Source of the DNA: Eledone cirrhosa
Taxonomy: Eukaryota
NCBI GenBank assembly: GCA_964016885.1
Contig: OZ024746.1
Coordinates: 62,001 to 126,000 of the forward strand
Length of the DNA stretch: 64,000 nt
Direction: 5' to 3'
Shown here: in pieces, positions 23,346-35,914 of the stretch
Position numbering within the stretch: the stretch's first letter is position 1
How the letters are laid out: every line of letters begins with the position of its first letter
Translations under genes and position numbers: made by a program
The notes under the pieces: model-generated
Seen by the model: only the letters and a program-made list of their open reading frames with translations
Told to the model about the DNA's origin: nothing
The model's database searches: none

Positions 23346-25289
23346 ACTGGACGATATGGTTCAAAATTGTTTGTGTTTACTTAAAAACCTTCTGTCATAA
23401 TTTTATGTAAGAACCTTTGTTAAGCTATGCTTCAAACACCAACTTAATAAATAGAAAGTTATATAACTAAATCCTTACAAATTCTTGCCTATTTGAAAAC
23501 TATACATAGTGCTTTTCATTAGAAATATGGTAATAAAAAGGTTAAGTGACATAAAATACAAGACAGGATACCAATTCATCAGTAACACACACCTAGCTGT
23601 AGCTGCTGCTGGTTCAACACTCTAAGCAACAAGCAGTATGCTTTCAGAAAAACTGCTATATAGTTATTGTTTATATGTATAGACCCATGACTTTTGATAG
23701 AATTGCAGGGGGTGCTATCATGACATGTGGGCACTTTAAATCTGGGGGAGCTCATAACTTCCGGGTTAGAGCAAAGCTGATTTCTTCCTGAGAAGGAAAG
23801 AAAGAGAGAATGAGGAAGAGGAGATGAAAAAATGATATAGGGGAAAAATTTACCTCAGTTCTGGACTGGTCACTTTTTTTAATCAACCACAAAAGGAAGA
23901 AAAATAATTCACTGCCTTACAGGTTATTGACTAAATATTACATCTTCTGGGACAACAAAAATTTCCCCAGATTTTATATTTTTGTCATCCTCCCATCCCA
24001 CCCACCTATTATCACTCAACCATGGCATCATTCTTATACTTTTTATTACCCCTCCCTCCACTAAACATGTCTCACTAGAGACAATCACCCCCACCCCCCC
24101 ACACACACCATAGGGTAGAAAGGGCTCTTCAGTTGAATCAATGACCAACAACCTCTCCAGTGCTGGTTTCATAATGGTCACATCATGGAGACAACCTCTC
24201 TAATGCTATTGTCATGATAGACTCCCCCAATAAACTCTATAAAGTGATTGATGTTAGTATTATTGAGGACATGACAACCTTTCTACTACTATTGCCAAGT
24301 ACACCCTGCTAAGTAGTTGGTGTTAGGAAGGAAATCCAACCATAGAAACCATGTCAAAAATTGGAACACACAAGTAAACCTGGTCCTCTGACTAGTCCAA
24401 GACTGAGACACGGAATAAAATACTCAGGCTGTGTGATAACCTATCCAACCCATGCCAGCATGAAAATTAGACACAAAAATGATAATGATGTTGCTGAGTG
24501 AACAAAGAGTAATAAATAAGAGAAAGTATAAAATATATAATAAATATAAAATATTGACCTACAAAACAATTATTAATCTTGACACCTCATTAATCTTACA
24601 CTAAGCTTAATGATTTAATAATCCTTTCATAATAACTTTACAGATAGTAGTACTAGTGATATGTTTAGGTAGGCTCCAACAATCCTCATTATTTCTAGCA
24701 TAAATTAGCCCATACCACTCATGCCTAGTTACTTCTAAGCTTGCTAGAGGAAACTATTTCCCATATATACCTATGTATAGGTTGCCTGTTTTTCCACAAA
24801 ATACATAAAAATCCAGCATATGACTTACCCGCTAGACATAAAAAACCTCAATTCAAAATATATGGTAAATTGTAAATAATGTACATGGGGTGCAACTTAT
24901 GAAGCAAAAAAAATTAAAATTACAGATCACATCTATGCAGGTTTTGCTGGCCTCAAGCTTCACATTGTAGGTTTCTTAGGTGTTTTAATAACAGGAGCCC
25001 CAGTCTTACCATGAAAAGCAACAAAAAATGAAGAGTCAGTCTTGTTCAAAAACATAATGCATTGCTCAGTCCAGGAACCAAACTTGAGCCCAACACCTTA
25101 ACCCCTAGACCATGTACCTTTACTAGTCAATTTATGCATGATCATATACAATAATGTGAATAGCTTCAAAATATATCTACAATATTATCAAGATACAAGA
25201 CACTCAATAACATGAGATTCTTTTACAACAGTATAACTTACAAAGGTGGTGGTGGTGGTGGTGGTGGTAGTGATAATTTGGAGTTTATA

Positions 25290-25429
25290 TTACAAACTGC
25301 ATAATGTGTTAACATTCACTAAGTTGATCAGTACCAAACAACTGTTACAGGTTGAATGTACAGCTGGCTTATCTAAATTAAGTGTACTTTTAATATAATC
25401 TTCAGCAAACTCAGCCTCTACATTCCATA
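25290..25429 (-). pseudogene. Putative last exon of the unidentified multi-exon gene
   Basis: ttttcttttctgcctttag|TA TGG AAT GTA GAG GCT...; phase 1 start matches the phase 1 end of 26988-27063, giving VWNVEAEFAEDYIKSTLNLDKPAVHSTCNSCLVL...*. Confidence 0.6.
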
Positions 25430-26059
25430 CTAAAGGCAGAAAAGAAAAATGCACATTTTGACAGTTTGTTTTTAGAAAGATGGATGCTGCTAGTGGTGTG
25501 TCATGAAAACAAAAATGCTTGGGTAAGCCAATGGAATATTTTAGATTAGAGCACCAGTAAACTTACACAGTGATACCACCTCTTTCAAAACAAAATCTGA
25601 CAGATTAAAAAAAACTTTATAGTTTTATACTATTATTAATTTATATTGTTCTAAAATATGTCACTAACTATGATAATGAGTCTAATAGTCAAAACAAAAT
25701 TATAAAACAAAGGATAAAAGTATAAGTAATTAAATGAATAGTTTTTATAGTTGAATGACTTCTTAAGAATACATGCAACTAGATAGATATCATGCTAGAG
25801 GAAGCACATGGAAGCTGGTCTATTGTGAGAAGTAACTGGCAATAAAAAAAGTGATTGTGAATGTTCTCAAATTCCAATTGAAATGTGTTCATATTTCATA
25901 TTCTGCTGTAAGTGGAAATATAATGATTAGCGATGTATGAACTTGTATTTTTTAATAAAACCTATGGAAGGTTGTCAATATTTAAAACACGACTTAGATC
26001 CCTTTATTTACCTATATTGCACAAGGTGTGGATATATTGAGCAACAGCATTAGTTGGAG

Positions 26060-26535
26060 TGAATTCCGTACAGGATGGACCACGTGAAGGTTGCCGTTCC
26101 CCTCCCAACATGCACTTGAAATCACACAAACTATTCTGGGAATCAATGAAGACCCTTCAAGGCAATACTTTGATCTGACGGAGGAGTAGCAAAGACCTTA
26201 GAATGAGTCCAAATTTGCCAAGACCTTGCCCAGGACCCCACATCTAAACCAGCCAGCTTTGACCGTCCCAAAAAGCAATGGGTGTCCCTTAATCAGATCT
26301 GCACAACACATGCCAGGACAAGCCATCATCTCTATCGATGGAAAATGAAAGATAGCCCAGCATGTGACCCTGACCCCAGACAGTACTGCATGTTGTTCGG
26401 GATTGCCCCCTTAGATATTTTCCCGGCGGCCTGGAGGCCATCTATAATGCTGCATATGATGACATGGTCTGGTTCACCAATCTCAACCTGTCTTTCTAAC
26501 TATTGTACATATGTCATACAACAAGAGAGACTTAT
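26060..26535 (+). mobile_element. Non-LTR retrotransposon ORF2 C-terminal (CCHC) remnant
   Basis: DPTSKPASFDRPKKQWVSLNQICTTHARTSHHLYRWKMKDSPACD..QTVLHVVRDCP fits the P.GFDLPR..W..LNR.RTG.......W....SP.C.C...QT..H....CP pattern; clade not determined. Confidence 0.65.
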
Positions 26536-26987
26536 ATGATTGATGGGAACCTATAATCTTAAATTTGACTACTTCTCCAGTAAACTTTACATATGTGTGC
26601 ATCTAGCATCAGACATTTATTTGAAATAAGAATAGAAAGAAGACTTTATATGGTTCAGAGGATTCTTTAGTTATGTAGAGGAAATAACAACCTCTTTAGT
26701 GATAGTGTCATAATCAAATGCACCCAGTACACTCTGTAAACTGGTTGGTGTCAGGAAGGGCATTTGGCTGTGGAAATCATGCCAAAAATGGAATGAATAA
26801 GATGTGATATTCTACCCTTCTAGTCATGAATTTGGACAACCCATCCAACACATACCAGCATAGAAGGCAGATGTAAAATAATGATGATGATGATAATGAA
26901 TACAAATTAACAATTTTTTTCATTTTTAATTGAAGATCAATTATTCATTGAACCAAATATCATTTTAGATTTTGAATTCATATCTAC

Positions 26988-27063
26988 CAAAATCCTGCTG
27001 CCCAGGAATGATGATTAGTCTAGGCCATTCACCTTCACATAAGGATCCAGAATTGGGTATTCT
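26988..27063 (-). pseudogene. Putative internal exon (76 nt, phase 0 to 1) of the unidentified gene
   Basis: taatag|AGA ATA CCC...GAT TTT G|gtagat; RIPNSGSLCEGEWPRLIIIPGQQDF; in phase with both neighbouring exons. Confidence 0.6.
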
Positions 27064-27635
27064 CTATTATAATTGTCATAACATTCTTGGAGGGAGTAAA
27101 TGTAGCAAGGTATATTCATTTAAATCAAAGGTTCTCAACGGGGCGCATATGCCCCCGGGCTTCGTTAGGGGGGCATTTGAAGGTTTGGAGGGCGCTGGAA
27201 GTCCCTTTAGTTTGGTAAGTTTTATAAGTCATATTTGTACGTCTCTTAGACAGCCAGTGTGAATGCATTTGAATGAAGAAAACGAAGAAAATAAATAAAA
27301 GCTTGTCAACGAATTGCCTAGGGAGATAATAAAAGAAAAACAAAAGAAATCAAAGAAAATGTACATAAGAATGTCAACTTTGACAACAGTTACAAGAACA
27401 ACTTCAACAGAAATGACAACAAAAAGAAGCAATGGTGATACACACACATGCATACATACACGCATACATACACACACACACATATACACACACAGGCCTG
27501 CGTTAGTGTTTGATGAGATTGAGAACCTGGTCGCTTTCAGCCAGAGCTGTGGTATTTAATCCCCCTAGGTAATAAAATCTGGAGACAGAATTTTCTCCGT
27601 ACCCCCAAAAAAAACCCATAAATATTCATGTCATC

Positions 27636-27838
27636 ATCCTTACACACTTAAATATAAATGCACGAATATATACAAATGTATAAATGCATAGCTATATACA
27701 TACGTAAATGTATATATGTAGATTTATATATATATAAATCTACATACATACATAAATACATACATTTACGTATGTCTATAACTATGCATTTATACATTTG
27801 TATATATACATGCATTTATATTTAAGTGTGTAAGGATA
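27636..27838. repeat. About 200-bp imperfect palindrome centred on (TA)n
   Basis: atccttacacacttaaatataaatgca...tagatttatata|tatataaatcta...tgcatttatatttaagtgtgtaaggat. Confidence 0.9.
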
Positions 27839-27962
27839 TATATATGTGTGTGTGTTTGTATAATATATATATATAATACACACACACACATATATATTTT
27901 CTTTTTTCAGTTTGGTCTACCATGTTTGAGACCCCTGTTATAGATAGATAGATAGATAGATA

Positions 27963-30900
27963 AATTTCTATTTATTTGCCACCAGCGCATAAAAGATTGG
28001 GACAAATACAAGGGGGGGGGAGTTTACATACATTTAAAGGACGTGTAAAAAATATAACAAATCAAATTCAACAATCGAAGTCCTCACTAGGGAGGAGGCG
28101 TTAATGTGGGTCGCACATAGCCCCGAAAAAATGTGCAACCCTCCTCCTCAGGAGCACAAAGAGCGGGTGCTTCCTTCCTCTCCTCCTCTCTCACCTACAG
28201 GCTGATATAGAGAGAAGACCCATTCACTCGGGCCATTCTCGCCACTTTCACTCACCTTTCATAAAACTTGCTGGGGTAGAGCACCTCTCTCTCCATTCTG
28301 ATCCTTCTTCTAAAATGGTATTTGAAAAAAAGGACCAGTTGTTAACCGGAGAGAAAGGTGTCTGACCTCAGTCTTTTCAACCTCGTCCACCATACAACCT
28401 CTTTAGCCATAGCTATCACACAGAGGAAAACCGCCTCTCCGTTTTTGAAGGGGGGAAGCGATTTGATCGTGACAATGTACCCGGTGGTCAACCGGATTGG
28501 TCCCACCCGCGACAGTAGTCGTTTCACATAGCCCCACAGGTCAGCAACGCCCGGGCAGTCTACGAATGCGTACGCAACGGTTTCCTCTTTTTCGAGGGGT
28601 CCCTACCCAGGCGCCCGTGTCTGTGGAGCTTGTCCCAAACGGGCAGAGCTCCTCGGTAGCACTGCCAAGCCAGGGACTTTTGGAAGTTGTCCATCGGTCC
28701 CGGGCCAAACGTCCTACCGAACAGACTGGGTAGTTCGTCTTCCTCCATGCCCAGAGCTTCTCCGAGAGCGTCGTCGCACTTGCTGTGCACCAACCGTCTA
28801 TAGAATGTTGAGGTGGAGTCTCCACTGATTGCCAGATCCGCTTGCCAGAGGGCCGTGAGCGCCTGGGCACATTCAATGTGCCAGTCGCCCAGTTTTCTCG
28901 GTCTTTGCTTGACCCAGGATTGCAGCTCGGTGAGTGAGACGAGTCTCGGAAAGGCTCGCATCACAGAAGGGGTCCACACCAGTTGACCGGTGAGGAATAG
29001 CTGGAGGTGCCGTAGCCTTAATGCGTGTTTACGCATCGTCAGCCATGGCATTCGCAGCCCTCCGTTCGAAGAGTGTTGACAGCAGATGGATCTTCTCACC
29101 AAAGGGGCCTGCTTCTTCCAAAGGAATTGGAAGAGCGTGCGCTCCATTTTGGTGAGTGTTTTCGCTGGGCAAGGCACGACGGTCAAGCGGGTAGTAGATG
29201 ACGGACGCTATATAAGTGTTCGCCACCTCCGCTCGAACTTTCAGGGATAGTTTGCACTCGGCCGACTTCTGGGCGAGTGCAAACACCCTGCCCGTTACCT
29301 CGTCCCAGTTTTTCTCCACCTGGAGGTCTGGTCCGAACCAGACCCCGAGCAGCTTCACCGGTTCCTTCGTCCAGTGTCCGACGACGCCGTCGGAGGGCAT
29401 CGGTTTGCCTCTCCACGTTTTGAGTTGCAAACTGACGGACTTGTCCCAGTTCAGCTTGGCTCCTGTAAACCTTTCGTATTCCTCCAGTAAGGTGCCGATC
29501 TCCCCGATTTCCAAGGCGCATGACACCATTACTGTCACATCATCGGTGTAGGCCGACACCACTTTCCGCAATCCCAGTTCCAAGGGGATGCTCTGTAACA
29601 GCTCCAACTTCCGCAGTAGTGACTCGGGAGTCAGCACATACAGAAGTGAGGAGAGAGGGCATCCCTGTCGGATGGATCGCGTGATTTGGAACGGCTCCAA
29701 GAGGTAGCCGTTGACCTTGACCCTCGAACAGGTGTCGCTGCTGTGTATTGCAGCAATCCAGCCCCTGAAAACGGGTCCGAAGCCTGCCGCCACAAGCACC
29801 GCATCCAGGTACCGATGGTTGACCCTATCGAACGCCTTAGATTGATCCAAGTTTATCAGGGCCCCACCAAAGCCAGGTTCATTCCCTACCCTCTCTACGA
29901 TGTATCGCATGAGGTGGAGGTTGTCGTGTATGGACCTGGACAGGATTGCGCATGTCTGCGCTTCTCTTACCAGGTTCCCGACGACAAGCGCCAACCTCTT
30001 CACTAACACCTTGCCCAAAATCTTTAACTCTGTATTTAGCAGAGTTATGGGCCTGAAGGTATCTATGTCATCCCCCTTGTTCTCGTCCTTCCTCACTAGC
30101 ATAACTACGCCCTTGGTCACAGAACTGGAAATTCTCCTGTTCTGTTGCTAGTTGCAGTAGACCGCCTCAAGGAGATCGGAGAACAAGTCCGGCATCGCAA
30201 CAAAGTTCGTATGGTAGACCATCGAGACGCGGGGATTTGCGTTTGCCGCATCGGCTCAGCGCTTCCCCTATTTCAGCGGTTGAAATCGGCCTTTCGCAGG
30301 ACTTCGCCTCCCCGTCCGAGAGCCGTGGCAGACCGTCGAGGTATGGACCAAAATCCATGGTCTCACCCGGCCCGCCGCCCCTCCTGAACAGTCATGCAAA
30401 GCGCCGCTGAAAGGCCGCGCGCATCCGCTCAGGTTCAAGGATCACATGTCCATCCTGGTCCTTCAAAGACCGAATCGTTGGAAGAAGTCCGGTCGCGGTG
30501 TCCCAGATGGGGCATACGCTGCCACCAGCCTGAAGGTTCCACCTTCACTACTGCCGACGTCTAAAACGACCAGTCGACCCTCCGGGTCCAGGTGTACCTT
30601 CCGTGTTGCGAGGCCCAAGTGTTTTCGCAGCAGAACGACAACCCCACTCCCCGGCTGACAGAGAGATGCATAGATCTCAAAGTCGTCGAAGATGGGGGCC
30701 AATTGGTGCTCGCTGCTGATCCTGGACTCGCAAATAGCTAATACATCCATTTGTGCGACCTCAGGTCGCCCTACTTCCAGGACATCCCCAGGCTGCGCAC
30801 ATTTAAGCATCCAACTCTTATAACAGCCATGTTGGTGGTGAAGAGTTAAAGTGGAGAAAAGGAAAAGACACCTACCTCTCCTTCTCCTGGGGACCAGTCT

Positions 30901-32835
30901 GCACAATTTCCATGGGGGTGTTGGAGGGGGTTTGGTGGGGACATCAGGGTATGGTGGAGTGGGGGTGTCTAGGGTGGTGGTGGGGGAAACATTTCAAAAG
31001 GACGCGGTTGATAGGTCTAGTACAGGGGTTCCCCACGTCCTCAGGAAAGTTTTGCTTGAGCATTGCGTAGGTGTCCCTTGGGACCCTAATCATTTTTAAA
31101 TGCGGTTTATTCACCGCGTTGGTGAACGTTTGCCCTTCGGTTTCCACCGAAGGGTCTTTGTCTATTGTTTGTACAAGTGTTTTGTTGTTTGTGTTGATGT
31201 ATGTATACTGTTTTTGTTGTGTTTGTTTGTTTGTTTGTTGTTCTTGTGTGTGTTTGCGTTTTGTAGTGTGTTATGTTTTCAGGAGGGATGATGTTTGTGC
31301 TGGTTGTTCTGTGTTTGTTGCATTTTTGTTAATGTGGTGCCTTCTTTTCTTTCTTTTTACCGGTTGAAAGGGTTCTCCCTCGTCGTCACTGGGTGACATT
31401 GATAAGGGGTCTTCGTCCGTGTTGTTGGGGAGGGGTATATTTTGGGGTTGTGTTGTGGTTGCTTTTGTATTTGTTTTAGGTGGGGAGGGGTTGTGTGGGA
31501 CAGTGTCTTGTGTTGTTATTTTTTTGTGTTGTGGTGGTGGTGGTGATTGTGTTGTGTGTGGGCTGGGCAGAAGCGTCTTTTTGGGGGAGGCATTTAAAAG
31601 GGGACAGGAAGCCCTCAGGTAACCACTTCTTGAACAGTGGTAGCATGAAGGCTGCCTGCCCTCAACAGAAATGTTTATGAAGGCGACTCCATCCAGGGAC
31701 ACACGCTGCGGTATTCTTGCTATCCATTCTGGTCTCATTTGGACCAGAACTTCAAGGCTATTGCTGCCGAATACGCCCCCCCCCCCCACCCCCACCCCCG
31801 TGGATTTGCCTATCGAAAGGATTGTGTCCTCATCTTCTAAGAATCCCGTTAGCACCCACCAAATGCTCACATTTGGCCTGATGCCCGAGATTCTTATCTT
31901 TTGTGTTCTTTTCCCCAAATATGTGGGGAAAAAGGTGTATGATTTGGATACAATTGGCAACACAGAATATTTCTGTGCCGCCAATTGATCTTTCATTAAA
32001 ACAGATATGCTTCCATACAGTTTCCCTTTCTGTATGAAAGCGATATCTTTCCATGCACTATTTAGGACCAGCTCAATTTCGCTTTGGGATAATTGAGCTG
32101 GTTTCCTAGTTGTGTTGGAAATTGTCCTGAAAGTTATGGTCCTCAGGACTGTGTCTCTTCTAATTTCTTGGGGGGGGGGGGGGGGGGGGGGGTAATTGTA
32201 AATTCCCCACCTTCCCCGAAAGTTACACAATTTCTTGCTTCTTTTAGCAATTCCTTGGCATTTGAGATATCCAATGCCTTGCATGTTTGTGTTTCTCGGA
32301 CCGCCTGTTCGAAGGAGACTCCAGTTGTGGGTCCGTTTTCTTTGTTGTTGTTTTTATTCGTGTTGACTTCATTTGTTGGTGTTGTCATTATTGCTGTTGT
32401 TGGTTGTGTTGTTATTGTCCTTGTTGTTATTGTCATTGTTGTTTGCGTAATTGTAACTTTTGGGGTTTGTACCCATTTCCACAAATTTTTCTTTAATTCC
32501 GTGTTCATGGCGTCTTTTGCGGGAGTGAGGAGGGAAGGCTTAGAGCGTTGTGCTGCTACCTTCTCTCTATCACTTTCCTTGGGGGGCGTAGCATATGTCG
32601 TATGCGATGTATTAATGGAATCCATTATCGCTAAACGACTTTTCATAGACAAATTATAACTATTAAATTTCGCCCCAAAAGGGGTCGAAATTTATTTTAC
32701 CTAACATCTTCAGGCCCAGGCGAGCGGTTAAACAAAACAAATAACAAGTTACTTAACAAACCTACAGCTTCTCGTAACAAATATCCAACAAAATGCAGGA
32801 GCAAAACAAAAACACGTCTATCGTCTCCGAAGATT
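27963..32835 (-). mobile_element. Tx1/L1-clade LINE with both ends present, an internal deletion and frameshifts
   Basis: ORF1 from 32652 (frameshift in a G-tract at about 32170-32192) with a zinc-knuckle remnant CYHCSRSGYLRASC; ORF2 starts MAVIRVGCLNVRSLG at 30830; APE motifs ICES, PEGRLVVLDV, LVAAYAP; RT motifs FRPITLLNTELKI, LDQSKAFDRV, RQGCPLS, AYTDDV; zf-RVT-like region near 28400-28700; aataaa then (TCTA)n at the 3' end. Confidence 0.93.
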
Positions 32836-32903
32836 GATAGATAGACGTGTACCAAACACACACACATTTCTTACTCTCTCTGTCCTTCCCTCTTTCTCTC
32901 TTC

Positions 32904-32951
<48 letters not shown>

Positions 32952-33807
32952 GTTGTTGAAAAGAGCAGTGGCCTTTGACCTGGCAATAAAAACTGGAGAC
33001 AAATTCTTTCTGTACCAAAACCAAGGCACACACAAGTTTGTGTGTGTGTGTGTGTGTGTGTATGTGTGTGTGTATCTATCTATGCATATATATAAGGGAT
33101 ACAGATATGGCTTTCTCACTGTCTCCAAGCTTCTCAATTCAATCGTTGCTACTAAGTATTTTATTTTGCTATGAGGTATTTTATTTTGCAAGGTACTATT
33201 CCCCCCCCCCCCCCACCCCACCCCCAGTTTGTGATTTCAGAGAAAGGTAAGAAATTCTTCATATTTTGCATCTTTTGTATTTTGACTTTACAGTTTGAAT
33301 TGTAGAATTCTATCCACTCAAAATATTACAATAGCTAACAGTGAAACAGAATAAAAAAAAAAAAAAGCTTTTTCGACTGAGATCAAATCTTTTTTTTTTT
33401 TTCAATATATAATTAGGACTGAAACTTTTTTGTATTTAATTCGTGCGAGTATTTTTTAAAGATTCTAACATAACTTGATTTGGCCCAGTAATCTACTGAT
33501 ATCAAAATATCAGTATATTGAAAAATGGAAAAATAGGGTAGAGGGGCATTTCATGATTTTGAGGGGCAAAAGGGAGCGTTTAGCCGAAATGCGTTGAGAA
33601 ACTTTGATTTAAATAAAAAGAATCTTTGGCAGCAAAAAGTTTGGGGACCACTGGTTTATGCTTTTGCATTCTGAAACTCTATAGGCCTCAATTCCTTAGA
33701 AACATATTTTAACTTCAATTTAAAACAGACTGAAGCTTTTTTTTTTTCTTCTACAAGTCTAGGAAGCAGTGTAATATAGTAACTTGATAGCATTTTAAGA
33801 AGTAATA

Positions 33808-33985
33808 ATTGTTTCTACTATTGGCACAAGGCTAGCAATTATCCCAGTGCATTACTGGTAGTTTATTTTATCGACCCCCGTAAGGATGAAAGGCAAAGTT
33901 AACCTCGGCAGGATTTGAACTCAGAATGGCCATAACTATGAGTCAAAGTATGGCGTCAGACCCTCTACCAATACTGCCAATTCAT
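33808..33985 (-). mobile_element. Nin/Deu-domain-like SINE copy (more copies at about 34260-34470, 35465-35650, 38355-38535, 41810-41940, 61625-61840 and 63640-63830)
   Basis: Shared core ttttatcgaccccgtaaggatgaaaggcaaagttaacctcggcaggatttgaactc and tail ggcacaaggccagcaatt. Confidence 0.82.
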
Positions 33986-34099
33986 TAAGAAATAATAATA
34001 ATAATAATTCATGCAGCTTTGTCAACATCTATAGTCTAAGAAGGATATATTCAAGAAAAGACTGCAGAAATGGAATGTTTTGATTAACTATTTACTCAC

Positions 34100-34175
34100 C
34101 ATCACTGCTGCCTCATAAAATCCATACCATGCATTTTTTTATAACTTAGAAAATGCCTCCCAAAACATGTTTGCT
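34100..34175 (-). pseudogene. Putative internal exon (76 nt, phase 2 to 0) with an in-frame TAA
   Basis: ctttag|A GCA AAC ATG...GTG ATG|gtgagt; ANMFWEAFSKL*KNAWYGFYEAAVM, stop at 34139-34141. Confidence 0.6.
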
Positions 34176-35914
34176 CTAAAGCTGATATTAATTCAACAGC
34201 AATTAATGCAATAAAATAATAGCAGTATAATATCAAATAAGCCACCAATAATAATGATAATGGTTTCAACTATAGGCACAAGGCCAGCAATTTTGGGCTA
34301 GGGAAAGTCGATTAAATCAACTCCAGTACATTACTAGTGCTTTATTTTATCGACCTCGTAAGGATGAAAAGCAAAGCTAGTCTCAGCGGGATTTGAACAC
34401 AGAACATAAAAGGTTGTAACTATGCTGCAAAACGTCTGACATGCTTCCAATACTGCCAATCCACCACCCTCTAATAATAATAAAATGATTTCAAAATTTG
34501 GTACAGGGCCAGCAATTTTGGAAAGAGAGGAAAACTAATTAAATTGACACTAGTTCTTGACCGGTACTTTATTTTCCACAAAAATGCTGTAAAGCATTTC
34601 TTCTGATACTAATAACTCTAATAATAATTTGTTTAAAAGTAACACAGAGTGGGCTTTACATTGAGTAATGGGGACATTAAAAATATTCATAACAAAACAA
34701 TAACCAGTGTCAACTAGCACCAATTCCCAATAGGGCGGGGGAGACTGTACTTTAGGTAATTCTAAGGAGAACCCTACTCAAAACCCCATATAACTGCCAC
34801 CTTACAAACACTGAACATGCCCTCTCCCAATTTCTTTCCTCCTGCTTAGAAAAGCATAATCAGAGTAAGCCCGGCCCATTCAGCCTCATCCATCTTCACC
34901 CTAATACTGCTAACAACAACAACAATAATTTTGAATAACTAAAATGATTTGTATTTAGTTACTGAAATAGTAAAGAATATAAAAATTGATCATTTTAATT
35001 TCGAGGAAATTAAGGAAATTTAAAAAAAAATTTAATAATTCCAAAATGAGTGCAATTTATAGCAATATTAAAATATTTTCCAGATTCTTTTGTCCCAAGA
35101 ATTGCCATGTTTGTGTGTGTGTGTAAATATTTCAGTAATAAGATTACTGGAATATAGAACATAGTAAATGAGGACAAGAATAATAGAATTTATAAAGAAA
35201 GAAGTTTAATCAAATTATTTCCAGAATTATATTTGACATACCTGCTAGCTCAAGACACTGAATATATCACAATCTCTCTTTCTCTTTCACACACACACAC
35301 ACACTGTCTCTATTATGCAATCCAGTGTCTATTGTACACACGTACATTCTTGCTCTCTCCATCTTTCCCTCTATCCTTATAAACGCTACCTCCCTCTTTT
35401 ATAAATTAGAACCTATCCAAAACTGTAAGAAGTTTGTTTGTATTGTAAAATAAAAATAATAATGATTTCTGATTTAGGCACAAGGCCAACAATTTAGGAG
35501 GGGAAAAGTCAATTAAATCGACCCCAGTTTGTGACTGGTACTTTATTTTATCGACCCCATAAGGATGAAATCAGCGGGATTTGAACTCAGATGTAAAGAG
35601 CCGTAACTACACGCCACAAAGCATATCTGATGCAACACAGCCACCAATATATTCAATGCAAAAATAACTCTGAATACACTGTAACTACTATGGCTAATGG
35701 TTGCTTTTGAAATAGTTTTCATGTGAATTAGATCACTGTCAGTTGTAGTTCTATAAAGTTGCTGAGTCAGTTTAGGAAACAACCTTCTGAAATGCTGCAA
35801 TTCATCATAAGATGCCTAAATGACAGCAAGGCACCTTGGATATCTACTATATAGCCTCCACTTCACCAATACCTTCTCAATGAAATCTAGTAGATGGAAA
35901 ATGTGTGTGTGTGT

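Larger units (their letters stand above)
27126..33606. mobile_element. Non-autonomous hAT (Charlie-like) DNA transposon hosting a Tx1 insertion
   Basis: 15-bp TIRs CAAAGGTTCTCAACG / CGTTGAGAAACTTTG (1 mismatch) and an exact 8-bp TSD ATTTAAAT at 27118-27125 and 33607-33614. Confidence 0.88.

Noticed and set aside
23593-23621. 29-nt minus-strand micro-exon candidate (SVEPAAATA)
   Set aside because: AG/GT-bounded, but the donor is weak and it has no phase or homology link to either gene.
25325-25345. C-terminal CaaX motif (CLVL) for the unknown protein
   Set aside because: The frame continues 12 codons past CLVL; a lost stop would have to be assumed without evidence.
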